64,000 nt of DNA, taken from positions 20,804 through 84,803 of the forward strand of contig JAXLWT010000022.1 in assembly GCA_046328375.1 (NCBI GenBank). Direction: 5' to 3'. Shown here piece after piece: positions 29,274-38,286 of the stretch. Made by a program: the position numbers and the translations under genes. The first letter of the stretch is position 1, and the number at the start of each line of letters is the position of its first letter. Origin of the DNA: Thermomicrobiales bacterium. GTDB taxonomy: Bacteria; Chloroflexota; Chloroflexia; Thermomicrobiales; UBA6265. Under the pieces are notes generated by a model. It saw nothing but the letters and a program-made list of their open reading frames with translations. It searched no databases and was not told the origin of the DNA.

Positions 29274-30242
29274 CTACGCACCGGTCACCACGATGAACAG
29301 TGCCAGGGTGAACAGGGATGTAACCAGGCTCAGGAAGAGCGTGGAGGCCGCCTGCGACTGGGCGACTCCGTACTGAACCCCGAGCAGGGCGACCGAGACC
29401 AGCGTCGGCAGCGCGGCCGCGACGACCGCTTCACCCAGCGTGGGGTTGGTGAAGCCCAATGCGAGCAAGATCCCCAGCAAGAGCGCCGGCTGCCCAAGGT
29501 TCTTCAGGGCCGCGAGGATCACCACGGGCCGGCTGATCTCCAGCTTGTAGGCGGAGATCACGATGCCAGCGGAGAAGAGCGCCACGCCGGTTGCCGACTG
29601 TCCCAGGAGTTCGATCGCGTTCGCAGCAGGCGCCGGAATCGTGACGCCCGCCATCACGCAGATGATGCCGGCCAGCGGCAACCAGACAATCGGCTTGACG
29701 AACGCGTGCAGGAGGGTTGAGCCGATACTCACCTCCGGCACGGCGTTCGCCTGCCTCGCATCTGCTTGCCTGGCAGCCCGGGTGCGCGACTCCAGCGTGA
29801 GGAACACGACCGTTGCCGGGAAGACCGTCAGCAGCACGAGGGTGTTGCCCACCGCGATCGGGACGTTGCTGGCCGGCCCGTAGAGATTGCCCAACACCGG
29901 CGGCCCGATGAAGGCGAAGTTGGGCGCCGAGGCGGCGAGTGCTCCAAGCGCGCTGGCTCCCAGCGAGTAATGAAACACGAGATGCGCCACGGCGAACACC
30001 ACAACGTAGAGGCAAACTATCACGACAAAGAGCGCCGCCAGCAGTGAGACATCGGCCAGCAGCGCGGCGCGTGGCGTGTGCACCGTACCCACGAAGAGCG
30101 AGAGCGGCAGCGCGTAGCTCATCACCATCTTGATGAGCACCGACGCGTCTTCCGGCACGAAGTCGTGCCGCCGCGCAGCGATGTACCCCAGCACCACCGT
30201 GATCACGGCCGGCAGCAAGGCGATGGCAATGGTCTCGAACAT
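29274..30242 (-). CDS. AEC (auxin efflux carrier) family transporter
   Basis: 322 aa polytopic protein. MFETIAIALLPAVITVVLGYIAARRHDF is a typical AEC N-terminus. Confidence 0.75.
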   Translation of the reverse strand: MFETIAIALLPAVITVVLGYIAARRHDFVPEDASVLIKMVMSYALPLSLFVGTVHTPRAALLADVSLLAALFVVIVCLYVVVFAVAHLVFHYSLGASALGALAASAPNFAFIGPPVLGNLYGPASNVPIAVGNTLVLLTVFPATVVFLTLESRTRAARQADARQANAVPEVSIGSTLLHAFVKPIVWLPLAGIICVMAGVTIPAPAANAIELLGQSATGVALFSAGIVISAYKLEISRPVVILAALKNLGQPALLLGILLALGFTNPTLGEAVVAAALPTLVSVALLGVQYGVAQSQAASTLFLSLVTSLFTLALFIVVTGA

Positions 30243-30445
30243 GTGACGTTCCTCGAGATGTTGCGAATCCGCGGACGCGCGCCCTTGGCGCGCAGGCGCC
30301 GCTTCTATCTCTGTGCCGAATGATTCAGCCCGGCGCCTGATCGTCGCGCGTCATGCGAACTCATGCAAGGGGCAGTGCGCGACTGAGCCTGCCCCCTGAC
30401 ATGAGACCTCCGTGGTGGGCACGCCATCTCGGCGATGTGCGGTCG

Positions 30446-31792
30446 CTATGTCAGCCAGTGCAGCAGCAGGGACGCCAACCAGAGGAACACCGCGAACCCG
30501 ATCACATCCTGGAACGCGGTCTCGAACGGCCCGGCGGTCGTCGCGGGATCGAAACCGAAATGCTTCGAGAGCATCGGCACGACGGTCCCCATGAAGCCGG
30601 CCGTCATCATGGAACAGGTCAGGGCAATCCCAATGACCAGGCCGAAGGGCAGATGCCCAGCCCAGATTGCGCCGACAATTCCAAGCAGGCCGCCGCAGAC
30701 CAGCGCCATGATCAACGCGGTCTCCATTTCCTTGCGCACCTGCGCACCCCAACGCGCCAGGCTAACGTGGCCGGTATCGAGTCCGCGCACCACAATCGCG
30801 GCGGCCTGTAACCCGACATTGCCTGAAACCGCCGAAATGACCGGCATGAAGGACGCCAGCAGGATCACCTGGGTCAGAACGGCATCGAAGTGCGAAATGA
30901 CCAGTCCCGCGCCGAGTTCGATGCCCATCGTCCCAACCAGCCACGGCAGGCGGAGCCGCGCAATCTGGGCGGGCGAGCGGCGATCCATCTCCTCGGCGTC
31001 CGTCCCTGCCATGCGCAACAGGTCGTCCGACAACTGGTCTTCCAGGACATCGATGGCGTCGTCGGCGGTAATGATGCCAATCAGGTGATTCTCGTCATCC
31101 ACCACTGGCACCGCCAGCAGATTGCGGTCACGCAGCAGGCGGGCAGCGTCAACAGCCGGCTCCGCCGCATTCACACGGATGACCTCGGGCGCCATCAGCG
31201 CGGAGACGGGGGTCTGCGGAGACGCCAGGACGAGCGCGTGCAGGGAGAGGACCCCGAGCAGGTGCTCGGCAGGATCCACCACGTAGACGTAGTACAGCGT
31301 CTCCGCCTCGGCCGCAACCCGGCGCAACGCGGTGATCGCCTGATCCGCGCGCAGGTCGGGCGCGATGGCGACAAAAGCCGGCGTCATCATGCCGCCCGCG
31401 CTGTCTGGCGGGTAGGCCAGCAACTCACGGATCTCCTCAGCGTCGTCGGGCCGCATGGCGACCAGGATGCCCTCGGCCTCGGCATCCGGCAGCTCGTCCA
31501 CCACATCGGTCGCGTCGTCCGGCGCCATCGCGCCGAGCACACTGGCGGCTTCAGCCCGCGTGAGGTTGCGCAGGATCGTGGCGGCCTCGAAGGGCGCCAG
31601 GTCCGCCAGCACGTCGGGCAGCACTGCGTCTGGCAGCGCCTGCACCAGCGTCGCCACCTCGGCGGTATCCAGACTGGGAATGATGTCCGCCCACGCGGCG
31701 GGGCTGACGCGCTCGCTCAGCGCGACGATACCGTCAGTTTGCCGCGCATCCAGCAGGGCGCGCACTTCCGGAAACAGCGTCTCTCGCTCCAT
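30446..31792 (-). CDS. mgtE: Magnesium transporter MgtE
   Basis: 448 aa. N-domain, tandem CBS domains and a C-terminal five-TM MgtE channel domain (GNVGLQAAAIVVRGL). Confidence 0.9.
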   Translation of the reverse strand: MERETLFPEVRALLDARQTDGIVALSERVSPAAWADIIPSLDTAEVATLVQALPDAVLPDVLADLAPFEAATILRNLTRAEAASVLGAMAPDDATDVVDELPDAEAEGILVAMRPDDAEEIRELLAYPPDSAGGMMTPAFVAIAPDLRADQAITALRRVAAEAETLYYVYVVDPAEHLLGVLSLHALVLASPQTPVSALMAPEVIRVNAAEPAVDAARLLRDRNLLAVPVVDDENHLIGIITADDAIDVLEDQLSDDLLRMAGTDAEEMDRRSPAQIARLRLPWLVGTMGIELGAGLVISHFDAVLTQVILLASFMPVISAVSGNVGLQAAAIVVRGLDTGHVSLARWGAQVRKEMETALIMALVCGGLLGIVGAIWAGHLPFGLVIGIALTCSMMTAGFMGTVVPMLSKHFGFDPATTAGPFETAFQDVIGFAVFLWLASLLLHWLT

Positions 31793-32125
31793 GACATGAC
31801 CTCCCCGGGACAGGGGCCTGGAGCGCTAGCGCAGCGTGTGATGCGTGTCTCGGTGGGTCAGGGGAGAAGATGGGTGCTCATGCACGCAGCCTGACCCGGA
31901 TTGGGCACGTGTCGCCGTGCGTAGCGCTCGGCAGGTTTATCGCCGGTACTCACTCGCACAACTCCTCCGGTGCCCGAACCTCCACCACAGCGTGGAGCAC
32001 TGCGCGGCATGCGCAGCGCGCGGCAGGATAGTGCGGCGGGACGAGGATGTCCAGCGTCAGCACTCGTGGAGATTGAGACAGTGCATTTGGTTGCGCGCCA
32101 CGCACGCGATGCTGAGCCCGGCCAT

Positions 32126-32458
32126 TCAGGGCCACCGGTGGTTCTCCCACCAGGCTCGTTCGCCATTGCCGTCCAGGCTCTCGGTGAACACTTCACCATC
32201 GTGGTGCACGAGTCTCGCAGGTCCCGGGTCGACGCTGATCATGGGCTGACGCGACACATTCGCGACCATCCCGCCGACAGCCGGGATGATATCGGCGGCG
32301 GAGATCTCGTCGCGGTTCACCAGATCAGCCCCCGGGACGCCGTAATCCTCTCCGTCGCCTCGCAAGCCAGGTGCAGATTGCTCCTGTCCGGGGAGCTGCG
32401 AGACGAATTCACCTGGGGCGACCTTGCGTTTGGCAACCCGTTTACTGCACCACGCCAT
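32126..32458 (-). CDS. Hypothetical protein
   Basis: 110 aa ORF with higher third-position GC (by eye) than the overlapping 190 aa plus-strand ORF 31970-32542. No family recognised. Confidence 0.3.
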   Translation of the reverse strand: MAWCSKRVAKRKVAPGEFVSQLPGQEQSAPGLRGDGEDYGVPGADLVNRDEISAADIIPAVGGMVANVSRQPMISVDPGPARLVHHDGEVFTESLDGNGERAWWENHRWP

Positions 32459-32577
32459 GTGTTCGTGTACCCACTTCTGGGCGAGAAGTTCTCAACTGAC
32501 AGTAGTGATCGTGGCGCCCTGCTAAACTTCACACTCTGTTAGTCCTTGCTCGACGGTGAGCAGGGACACTACGGGCC

Positions 32578-33564
32578 ATGAAGCCCGTGACGAGTCCCTG
32601 GAGCAACGCCGTGCTCGGGCGGGCGTCTCTTGCAGATGCACAGGCAGGTGAGGCGGCTCCGGCCGCGCCGTCGCTGACGCGCAAGCGCGCCTTCTGGCGG
32701 CAGGAATGGTTCCTCTTCCTCCTCTTCGTCGCCCCGAACTTCTTCTTCTTCGGCGTCTTCAGTTACTGGCCAATGATTTCCAACGTCTACCTGAGCATGG
32801 TGCGTTGGGACATGATCGCGCCGGTCAAGACATTTGTTGGCGGCGCGAACTTCGCCTACCTGGCCAATAGCGACACCTTCCACACCGTCCTCAAGAACTC
32901 GCTCGTGTTCACCATCGGCGCGGTCGGTGGCTCGCTCGTCCTGGGGTTGGCCACCGCACTCCTGCTGAATCAGCCGCTACGCTGGCGGAACGGGGCACGG
33001 GCCGTGATCTTTGCGCCGACCCTCCTCAGCGGCGCGGCCATCGGCATCGTCTGGGTCTACATCTTCGATCCCCGCTTCGGCCTGCTGGCGCAGTTGCTGG
33101 GATTTCTCAACATCAGTTCGCCGAACTGGCTGACCGACCCCAACTGGGCCATGCCGGCCGTGATCATCGTCTACGTCTGGAAGAACGTCGGGTTCAGCAC
33201 GGTTATCTACCTGGCGGGGCTGCAGGCGATCCCGAAGGATCTCTACGAAGCAGCGCGGCTGGATGGCGCCGGCGTGTGGTGGCGCTTCCGCTCCGTCACG
33301 CTGCCCATGCTCTCGCCCATTACCTTCTTCCTGGTCATCACCTCGCTGCTCAATTCATTCCAGGCGTTCGACATCATCAAGGTGATGACGGACGGCGGTC
33401 CGGTGGACTCCACAAACACCCTCATCTTCTACGTCTACGAGCAGGGCTTCGTGGCCTTCAACGCCGGACGCGCGGCGGCGGCCGCGCTCGTCCTCTTCGT
33501 GATCATGTTCGGCATCACCTTGCTGCAGATCCGGCAGGGTGAGGACAGGGTGCACTATGGATAG
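32578..33564 (+). CDS. Sugar ABC transporter permease (CUT1)
   Basis: 328 aa MalF-like, with EAARLDGAGVWWRFRSVTLPML. Confidence 0.88.
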   Translation: MKPVTSPWSNAVLGRASLADAQAGEAAPAAPSLTRKRAFWRQEWFLFLLFVAPNFFFFGVFSYWPMISNVYLSMVRWDMIAPVKTFVGGANFAYLANSDTFHTVLKNSLVFTIGAVGGSLVLGLATALLLNQPLRWRNGARAVIFAPTLLSGAAIGIVWVYIFDPRFGLLAQLLGFLNISSPNWLTDPNWAMPAVIIVYVWKNVGFSTVIYLAGLQAIPKDLYEAARLDGAGVWWRFRSVTLPMLSPITFFLVITSLLNSFQAFDIIKVMTDGGPVDSTNTLIFYVYEQGFVAFNAGRAAAAALVLFVIMFGITLLQIRQGEDRVHYG

Positions 33565-34408
33565 CTCGGGTCAGAAACTGTCAACGCAGATGCAGATCCT
33601 CGGCTACGTGCTGATGGCGCTGGTCGTGGTCATTGTCGGGCTGCCGTTGCTCTGGATGGCGCTCGGCTCCCTGAAGACGAACCAGGAGATTTACTCGCTA
33701 CCGACGCGGTGGCTGCCATCCGCGCCACGCTGGGACAACTTCGCCGACGCCTGGAACGCCGCTCCCTTTGGCCAGTTCTACATCAACAGCATCATCATTA
33801 CGGTTGCGGGAGCAGCACTCAAAGTCGTCAACGCCACCATGACGGCGTATGCCTTCGCGTTTCTGCGCTTCCCCGGCAAAAACTGGCTCTTCCTGCTCCT
33901 GCTGGCGGCCCTGATGATCCCCGAGCAGGTCACCATCCTCCCGAACTACCTGACCCTGGCCGATGTCTTCGGCCAGAGCTGGATCAACACCTATCAGGGG
34001 ATCGTGCTCCCCGGCGCAGCAACGGCGTTTGGCACGTTCCTCATGCGTCAGAGTTTCCTCAGCCTGCCCCGCGAGGTGCTGGACGCCGCCAAGGTCGATG
34101 GCTGCGGCCACCTGCGCCTGCTCTGGGACATCGTGTTGCCCCTCTCGCGTCCCGTACTGGCCACCATGACGCTGATCTTCGTCGTCGACCGCTGGAACGA
34201 TTATCTCTGGCCGCTCATCGTCACCAACTCGCAACTGATGCGGCCCCTGACTGTGGGACTCACGTACCTCTTCGATCAGGAGGGGAACACACGGTGGGGT
34301 CCGGTGATGGCGGCCTCGATCTTCGTCATCGCTCCCCTGCTTGTCATCTTCGCCTGGGCGCAGCGCCACATCATCGAGGGCATTGCCGCCGGAGCGACGA
34401 AAGGATGA
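33557..34408 (+). CDS. Sugar ABC transporter permease (CUT1)
   Basis: ATG at 33557 gives MDSSGQKLSTQMQILGYVL... MalG-like, with LDAAKVDGCGHLRLLWDIVLP. Confidence 0.88.
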   Translation: MDSSGQKLSTQMQILGYVLMALVVVIVGLPLLWMALGSLKTNQEIYSLPTRWLPSAPRWDNFADAWNAAPFGQFYINSIIITVAGAALKVVNATMTAYAFAFLRFPGKNWLFLLLLAALMIPEQVTILPNYLTLADVFGQSWINTYQGIVLPGAATAFGTFLMRQSFLSLPREVLDAAKVDGCGHLRLLWDIVLPLSRPVLATMTLIFVVDRWNDYLWPLIVTNSQLMRPLTVGLTYLFDQEGNTRWGPVMAASIFVIAPLLVIFAWAQRHIIEGIAAGATKG

Positions 34409-34485
34409 GCAGTGGACGCAATGGCGGTCATCAGGCTGCGACACCGCACGGCGGCAGCTTGCCGCGACGTACAGGGAGGACACTC

Positions 34486-35826
34486 ATGAGTGGAGTGATT
34501 TCGCGCCGCAACCTGCTGGGCGGCGCCGCCGGCCTCGGAGCGGCTGTTGCCGGAAGCAAGATCAGCAAGCGCAGCACCGCGTTTGCCGCCCCTGCCGTCG
34601 TGCAGGACACTGGCTCCAAGGTCAAGGTGCTCTACTGGGGATCCTACAGTGATGTCCTGGGCGAGGCCGAGCAGGCCATGGTCAAGATGTTCAACGAGTC
34701 CCAGGACGAGGTCGAGGTTGAGTACCAGTTCCAGGGCACGTACGAGGAAACGGCCCAGAAGCTGACCGCCGCCCTGCAGGCGAAGCAGGCGCCGGATGTC
34801 TCGGTCCTCTCCGACGTGTGGTGGTTCAAGTTCTACCTGAACCGCACCCTGGCCCCGCTGACCGACCTGCTCGCCGCCAACAAGATTGACACCAGTGACT
34901 ACGTCGACTCCCTCTACAACGAGGGCGTGCGCGACGGCGTCTCCTACTGGCTGCCGTTCGCCCGCTCCACGCCGCTCTTCTATTACAACAAGGACATGTT
35001 CGCTGAGGTCGGGCTGGACGCGGCTCCGGAGACGTGGGATGAGCTGGTTGCCGCCGCGCCGAAGCTGGTGCAGAAGGATGGCGACACTATCACCCGCTCC
35101 GCCTTCGCGCACCCGAACAGCGCCTCGTACATCGCCTGGCTCTTCCAGCCGGTCGTCTGGCAGTACGGCGGCGCCTACTCCGACCCCGAATTCAACATCA
35201 TGATCAATCAGGAGAAGGCCGTGGCGGCCGGGGACTTCTATCGCTCCTCGGTCGTGGACGGTTGGGCCACCACGCCTGACGATCCGGAAACGGACTTCGT
35301 CAATGGCCTGACGGCCTCGATCATGGCCTCCACGGGCAGCCTGCGCGGCATCACCTCTGACGTCGGCGACAAGTTCGGCATTGGCACCGGGTTCCTCCCC
35401 AAGGCCGAGAACTTCGGTTGCTGCACCGGTGGCGCCGGCCTGGCGATCCTGGCCGGTTCCCCGGCCGAGAAGCAGGAGGCCGCGTTCAAGTACATCGCGT
35501 TCGCGACTTCGCCGGAGGGCACGGAGTTCTGGAGCCAGAACACCGGGTACATGCCGGTGCGCAAGTCCGCGATCGAAAGCGACACGATGAAGAAGTTCTT
35601 CGAGGAGAACCCGAACTTCAAGACGGCCGTCGATCAACTCCCCATGACGCAGCCCCAGGACGCCGCGCGCGTCTTTATCCCGAACGGTGACCAGATCATC
35701 GGCAAGGGACTGGAGCGGATTACTGTCAATCGCGAAGAGGTGCAGCCGGTTTTCGACGACGTGGCTGCCACCCTCACCGAAGAGGCCCAGCCGGTGCTGG
35801 AGGCACTGGCCGCCCTGCAGGGGTAG
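34486..35826 (+). CDS. Sugar ABC transporter substrate-binding protein with Tat-like signal
   Basis: In-frame ATG at 34486 inside the artefactually long ORF 33709-35826. MSGVISRRNLLGGAAGLGAAVAGSK..., SBP_bac_1-like body. Confidence 0.85.
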   Translation: MSGVISRRNLLGGAAGLGAAVAGSKISKRSTAFAAPAVVQDTGSKVKVLYWGSYSDVLGEAEQAMVKMFNESQDEVEVEYQFQGTYEETAQKLTAALQAKQAPDVSVLSDVWWFKFYLNRTLAPLTDLLAANKIDTSDYVDSLYNEGVRDGVSYWLPFARSTPLFYYNKDMFAEVGLDAAPETWDELVAAAPKLVQKDGDTITRSAFAHPNSASYIAWLFQPVVWQYGGAYSDPEFNIMINQEKAVAAGDFYRSSVVDGWATTPDDPETDFVNGLTASIMASTGSLRGITSDVGDKFGIGTGFLPKAENFGCCTGGAGLAILAGSPAEKQEAAFKYIAFATSPEGTEFWSQNTGYMPVRKSAIESDTMKKFFEENPNFKTAVDQLPMTQPQDAARVFIPNGDQIIGKGLERITVNREEVQPVFDDVAATLTEEAQPVLEALAALQG

Positions 35827-35855
35827 TTCTCCCGCGAATTCGTGGTTTCGAGCCT

Positions 35856-35880
35856 GGGGGCTGGCCAATGGCCAGCCCCC
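35856..35880 (+). terminator. Stem-loop terminator candidate after the SBP gene
   Basis: GGGGGCTGGCC-AAT-GGCCAGCCCCC, a perfect 11 bp stem, followed by TTCTTGT. Confidence 0.65.
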
Positions 35881-35922
35881 TTCTTGTCACGCTTTGCGCC
35901 CGGCCGAGTGCTCGCATTTGGC

Positions 35923-35948
35923 AAAAATACGTATTTTTACTGATGTGC
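35923..35948 (+). promoter_or_regulatory. Conserved AT-rich element, copy 1 (perfect 16 bp palindrome AAAAATACGTATTTTT, then ACTGATGTGC)
   Basis: Lies 77 nt upstream of the GH5 gene ATG. It matches the copies at 37716 and 56656. Confidence 0.7.
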
Positions 35949-36025
35949 TCTGAACGGCTCGAACGCAAACTGAGCTCCACGAACGACACGACGTTCGCAA
36001 GCATTTACGAACCGGGAGCTGATCG

Positions 36026-37198
36026 ATGGAACCGACGAAACTTGACGCCCTCGCTCGCACCCTGAGCACCGCTGACCTCGCGCCGTCACGGCGCGGTCTC
36101 CTCTCTGGATTGGCCGCCGGCGTGGCCGGCCTGGCCGGCCTGACCATGCTGGACGACGTCGACGCCAAGAAGCACAAGGGCAAGAAGAAGAAGAAGTGCT
36201 CGAAGAAGAAGAAGAAGAAGGGCCTCTGCGGCGGAGGCGGTAACACCCCAGACCCATACACCGGACCGGTCTTCACGGTCAGTGGACGCTCCATCCTGGA
36301 CACGGGGGGGGACCCGGTCGCACTCCGCGGCGTCAACAAGATGTCCGTCTTCGATGACAACGACCCACGTGGCAATTCCTACTTCCCGCAGATTGCCCTC
36401 TCCAAGTCGAACACGGTGCGCATCGTCTGGGCGATCGAGGACGACAACGGCCCCACGAATGTCAACGACCTCGCGGCGCTGATCACCAACTGCCAGAACA
36501 ACAAGATGCTGCCGATGATCGAGCTGCACGACGCAACGGGCGATCTCTCGCAGTTGCCGAAACTGGGCAACTACTGGACCCGCAACGACGTGCTGCAGGT
36601 CATCTTCAATGCGGGCGGCAACCTGCTGATCAACATTGCCAATGAGTGCGGTGACGACACGGTCACCGCCAACCAGTGGGTGTCGGCGTACACGCCGGTC
36701 ATCCGCCAGATGCGCAACGCCGGCATTCGCACGCCGCTCGTTATTGACGCCCCGGACTTCGGCAAAAACCTCGAGGTCGTGGTGGCTGGCGCGAATAATC
36801 TGCTGAGCGTTGATGCCAACCTGATCTTCTCCGTCCATCCCTACTGGCCGAAGAACGACGGCGGCGGCGCGACCTTTATCGAACAGCAGTTCACGGCCGC
36901 CTTCAACAAGGGGTTTGCCCTGATCATCGGCGAGTTCTCGCAGTGGGGCGCCTTCAATGGCAACAACAGCATCTGTGTGGGCAATGGCGAGTGTGATTAC
37001 AACGCGATCATGACCAAGGCCAGCGCCAAGGGGTTCGGCTGGTACGCCTGGGAGTGGGGACCGGGCAATGAGTTCGGGGATGCGAACTGCGCCAAGATGA
37101 ACATGACGACGAACGGCACCTTCGCCACGCGGCAGGCAGGTTGGGCCACGGACGTCTTCAACCGCATCGCGGCCGAGTCCAACCCCATCATCGGCTAG
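36026..37198 (+). CDS. GH5 glycoside hydrolase (beta-mannanase-like) with family-specific Tat leader and polylysine spacer
   Basis: MEPTKLDALARTLSTADLAPSRRGLLSGLAAGVAGLAGL...DAKKHKGKKKKKCSKKKKKKG, then a GH5 body with acid/base NIANECG and nucleophile ALIIGEFS. Confidence 0.8.
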   Translation: MEPTKLDALARTLSTADLAPSRRGLLSGLAAGVAGLAGLTMLDDVDAKKHKGKKKKKCSKKKKKKGLCGGGGNTPDPYTGPVFTVSGRSILDTGGDPVALRGVNKMSVFDDNDPRGNSYFPQIALSKSNTVRIVWAIEDDNGPTNVNDLAALITNCQNNKMLPMIELHDATGDLSQLPKLGNYWTRNDVLQVIFNAGGNLLINIANECGDDTVTANQWVSAYTPVIRQMRNAGIRTPLVIDAPDFGKNLEVVVAGANNLLSVDANLIFSVHPYWPKNDGGGATFIEQQFTAAFNKGFALIIGEFSQWGAFNGNNSICVGNGECDYNAIMTKASAKGFGWYAWEWGPGNEFGDANCAKMNMTTNGTFATRQAGWATDVFNRIAAESNPIIG

Positions 37199-37205
37199 TT
37201 CCCCA

Positions 37206-37237
37206 GGGCCAACCGGGCGCAAGCGCCCGGTTGGCCC
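37206..37237 (+). terminator. Stem-loop terminator candidate after the GH5 gene
   Basis: GGGCCAACCGGGCGC-AA-GCGCCCGGTTGGCCC inverted repeat immediately after the stop. There is no T-tract. Confidence 0.55.
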
Positions 37238-37715
37238 CGAAACCGGATCGCAGCGTGCCGGCCGGCGTCCTGGCACCCTGAGGCACATCGCCACAGGGTG
37301 CCAGGAGCCAGCCGTTGACCCGCGGAAGGTTGTGGGACTTCTTGGACACACGAAACGACCGCACAGGTGCCGGACTGCCTCCGGAAGCCTGGTCCGCAGA
37401 CCGAAGCGTTCAGCCGGAAATGGAGTTAGCCGCCTGGATGCTGCCGGCGTTGATGGACTCACTCGCCAGCTCGACGGGCGCGGTGGCAGTTGCTCCGGCG
37501 CTGCCGGGTGGGCCGGGTCTCTGGCTGCGGCGATGGTCGGCAACACCACCGCCGGTAGGCACAAGAAGATGGCTCCCCTCTTCCAGGCGACCATTTTGAG
37601 CACGAATGCGGCTGCCGCCATCGACCATGCCGCGGACCCCATCTGGTCACCAAACCGGCGAGCCAATCTGAATCCAGGTCCGGTGTCCAACCCGACCGCC
37701 GCCATGGCCTCCCCC

Positions 37716-37742
37716 AAAAATGCGTATTTCTACTGATGTGCC
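37716..37742 (+). promoter_or_regulatory. Conserved AT-rich element, copy 2 (AAAAATGCGTATTTCTACTGATGTGCC)
   Basis: Lies 93 nt upstream of ATG 37836. It is identical to copy 3 over 26 nt. Confidence 0.7.
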
Positions 37743-37835
37743 GGCGCCCCCGCGGGCGCATGCTGTGCCCATCCTCGGCAAAGGCCGAGGGCGACAGATC
37801 GGGGACTTCGGTCCAGCTCCAGGAGGAGCATCACG

Positions 37836-38246
37836 ATGGATGGTTCACGTTTTGACAGCCTGATCAGTCGTCTCACTGAGCCCGGTTCACGGCGCCGCGC
37901 GCTCGGGGTGCTTGGCATCTCGGCGTTGGTTGCCGGTGGTCTGGAAATATCGTCACCCGACGTGGAAGCCAGGCGGCGGCGGCGGAAGAAGCACCGCAAG
38001 GGAAACAAGGGCGGCGGTGGGGGCACGCCGCTGCAACTTCGTGACGTCTGCGTACCCGGGCAATCCACGTGTGCCTCCGGGCTGCAGTGTGATAGTCCCA
38101 CCACACGTCACACCTGCAGCAGCACCGTTGAGGGCGTCGATGCCTGGTGCTGCGTGCCGCCCGGCGGAAGCTGCACCGAGTGCGATTGTTGCGGCGATTT
38201 CTACTGCGGTGGGGATGGCACCTGTATCCCGAACCCTGAAGGCTAG
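37836..38246 (+). CDS. Small secreted Cys-rich protein with Tat leader and polybasic spacer
   Basis: MDGSRFDSLISRLTEPGSRRRALGVLGISALVAGGL...ARRRRRKKHRKGNKGGGGG, then about 73 aa containing 12 Cys. AGGAGG Shine-Dalgarno upstream. Confidence 0.8.
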   Translation: MDGSRFDSLISRLTEPGSRRRALGVLGISALVAGGLEISSPDVEARRRRRKKHRKGNKGGGGGTPLQLRDVCVPGQSTCASGLQCDSPTTRHTCSSTVEGVDAWCCVPPGGSCTECDCCGDFYCGGDGTCIPNPEG

Positions 38247-38286
38247 AACCCAATGGTCGTCGGAATCTTCTGACACCTTGCGGTTC

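Noticed and set aside
31793-31965. Possible M-box (Mg2+) riboswitch in the ~170 nt leader of mgtE.
   Set aside because: A few short resemblances exist (AATCCGGGTCAGG versus AAUGGGUCAAC; GCGCTACG versus GCUCUACG). They occur in the wrong order relative to the M-box consensus as I remember it, and the 5' GUUAGGUGAGGC box is absent. An Infernal run would be needed before any call.
31970-32542. 190 aa plus-strand ORF.
   Set aside because: It has lower third-position GC than the overlapping 110 aa minus-strand ORF and no recognisable motifs. Neither ORF is confidently real; the minus-strand one is listed as a low-confidence feature.
33709-34485. 5' part of the 705 aa ORF 33709-35826.
   Set aside because: It is an out-of-frame read-through of the permease gene. 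The real substrate-binding protein begins at the in-frame ATG 34486 with a Tat-like signal.
36170-36225. AAG/AAGAAG microsatellite-like runs, also at about 14240-14260, 37975-38000, 46600-46620 and 56875-56905.
   Set aside because: These are not stand-alone simple-sequence repeats. Each is the in-frame coding sequence of the polylysine spacer of a family member. Their slippage potential is still worth remembering as a source of phase variation.
36086-37717. 543 aa minus-strand ORF covering the GH5 gene. Similar long antisense ORFs occur at 16667-18301, 34276-35868, 48152-49546, 14131-15189 and 27190-27972.
   Set aside because: These are shadow ORFs typical of high-GC DNA. Their translations are Arg/Gly/Pro/Ala-rich with no recognisable domains, and each lies exactly opposite a gene with clear family motifs.
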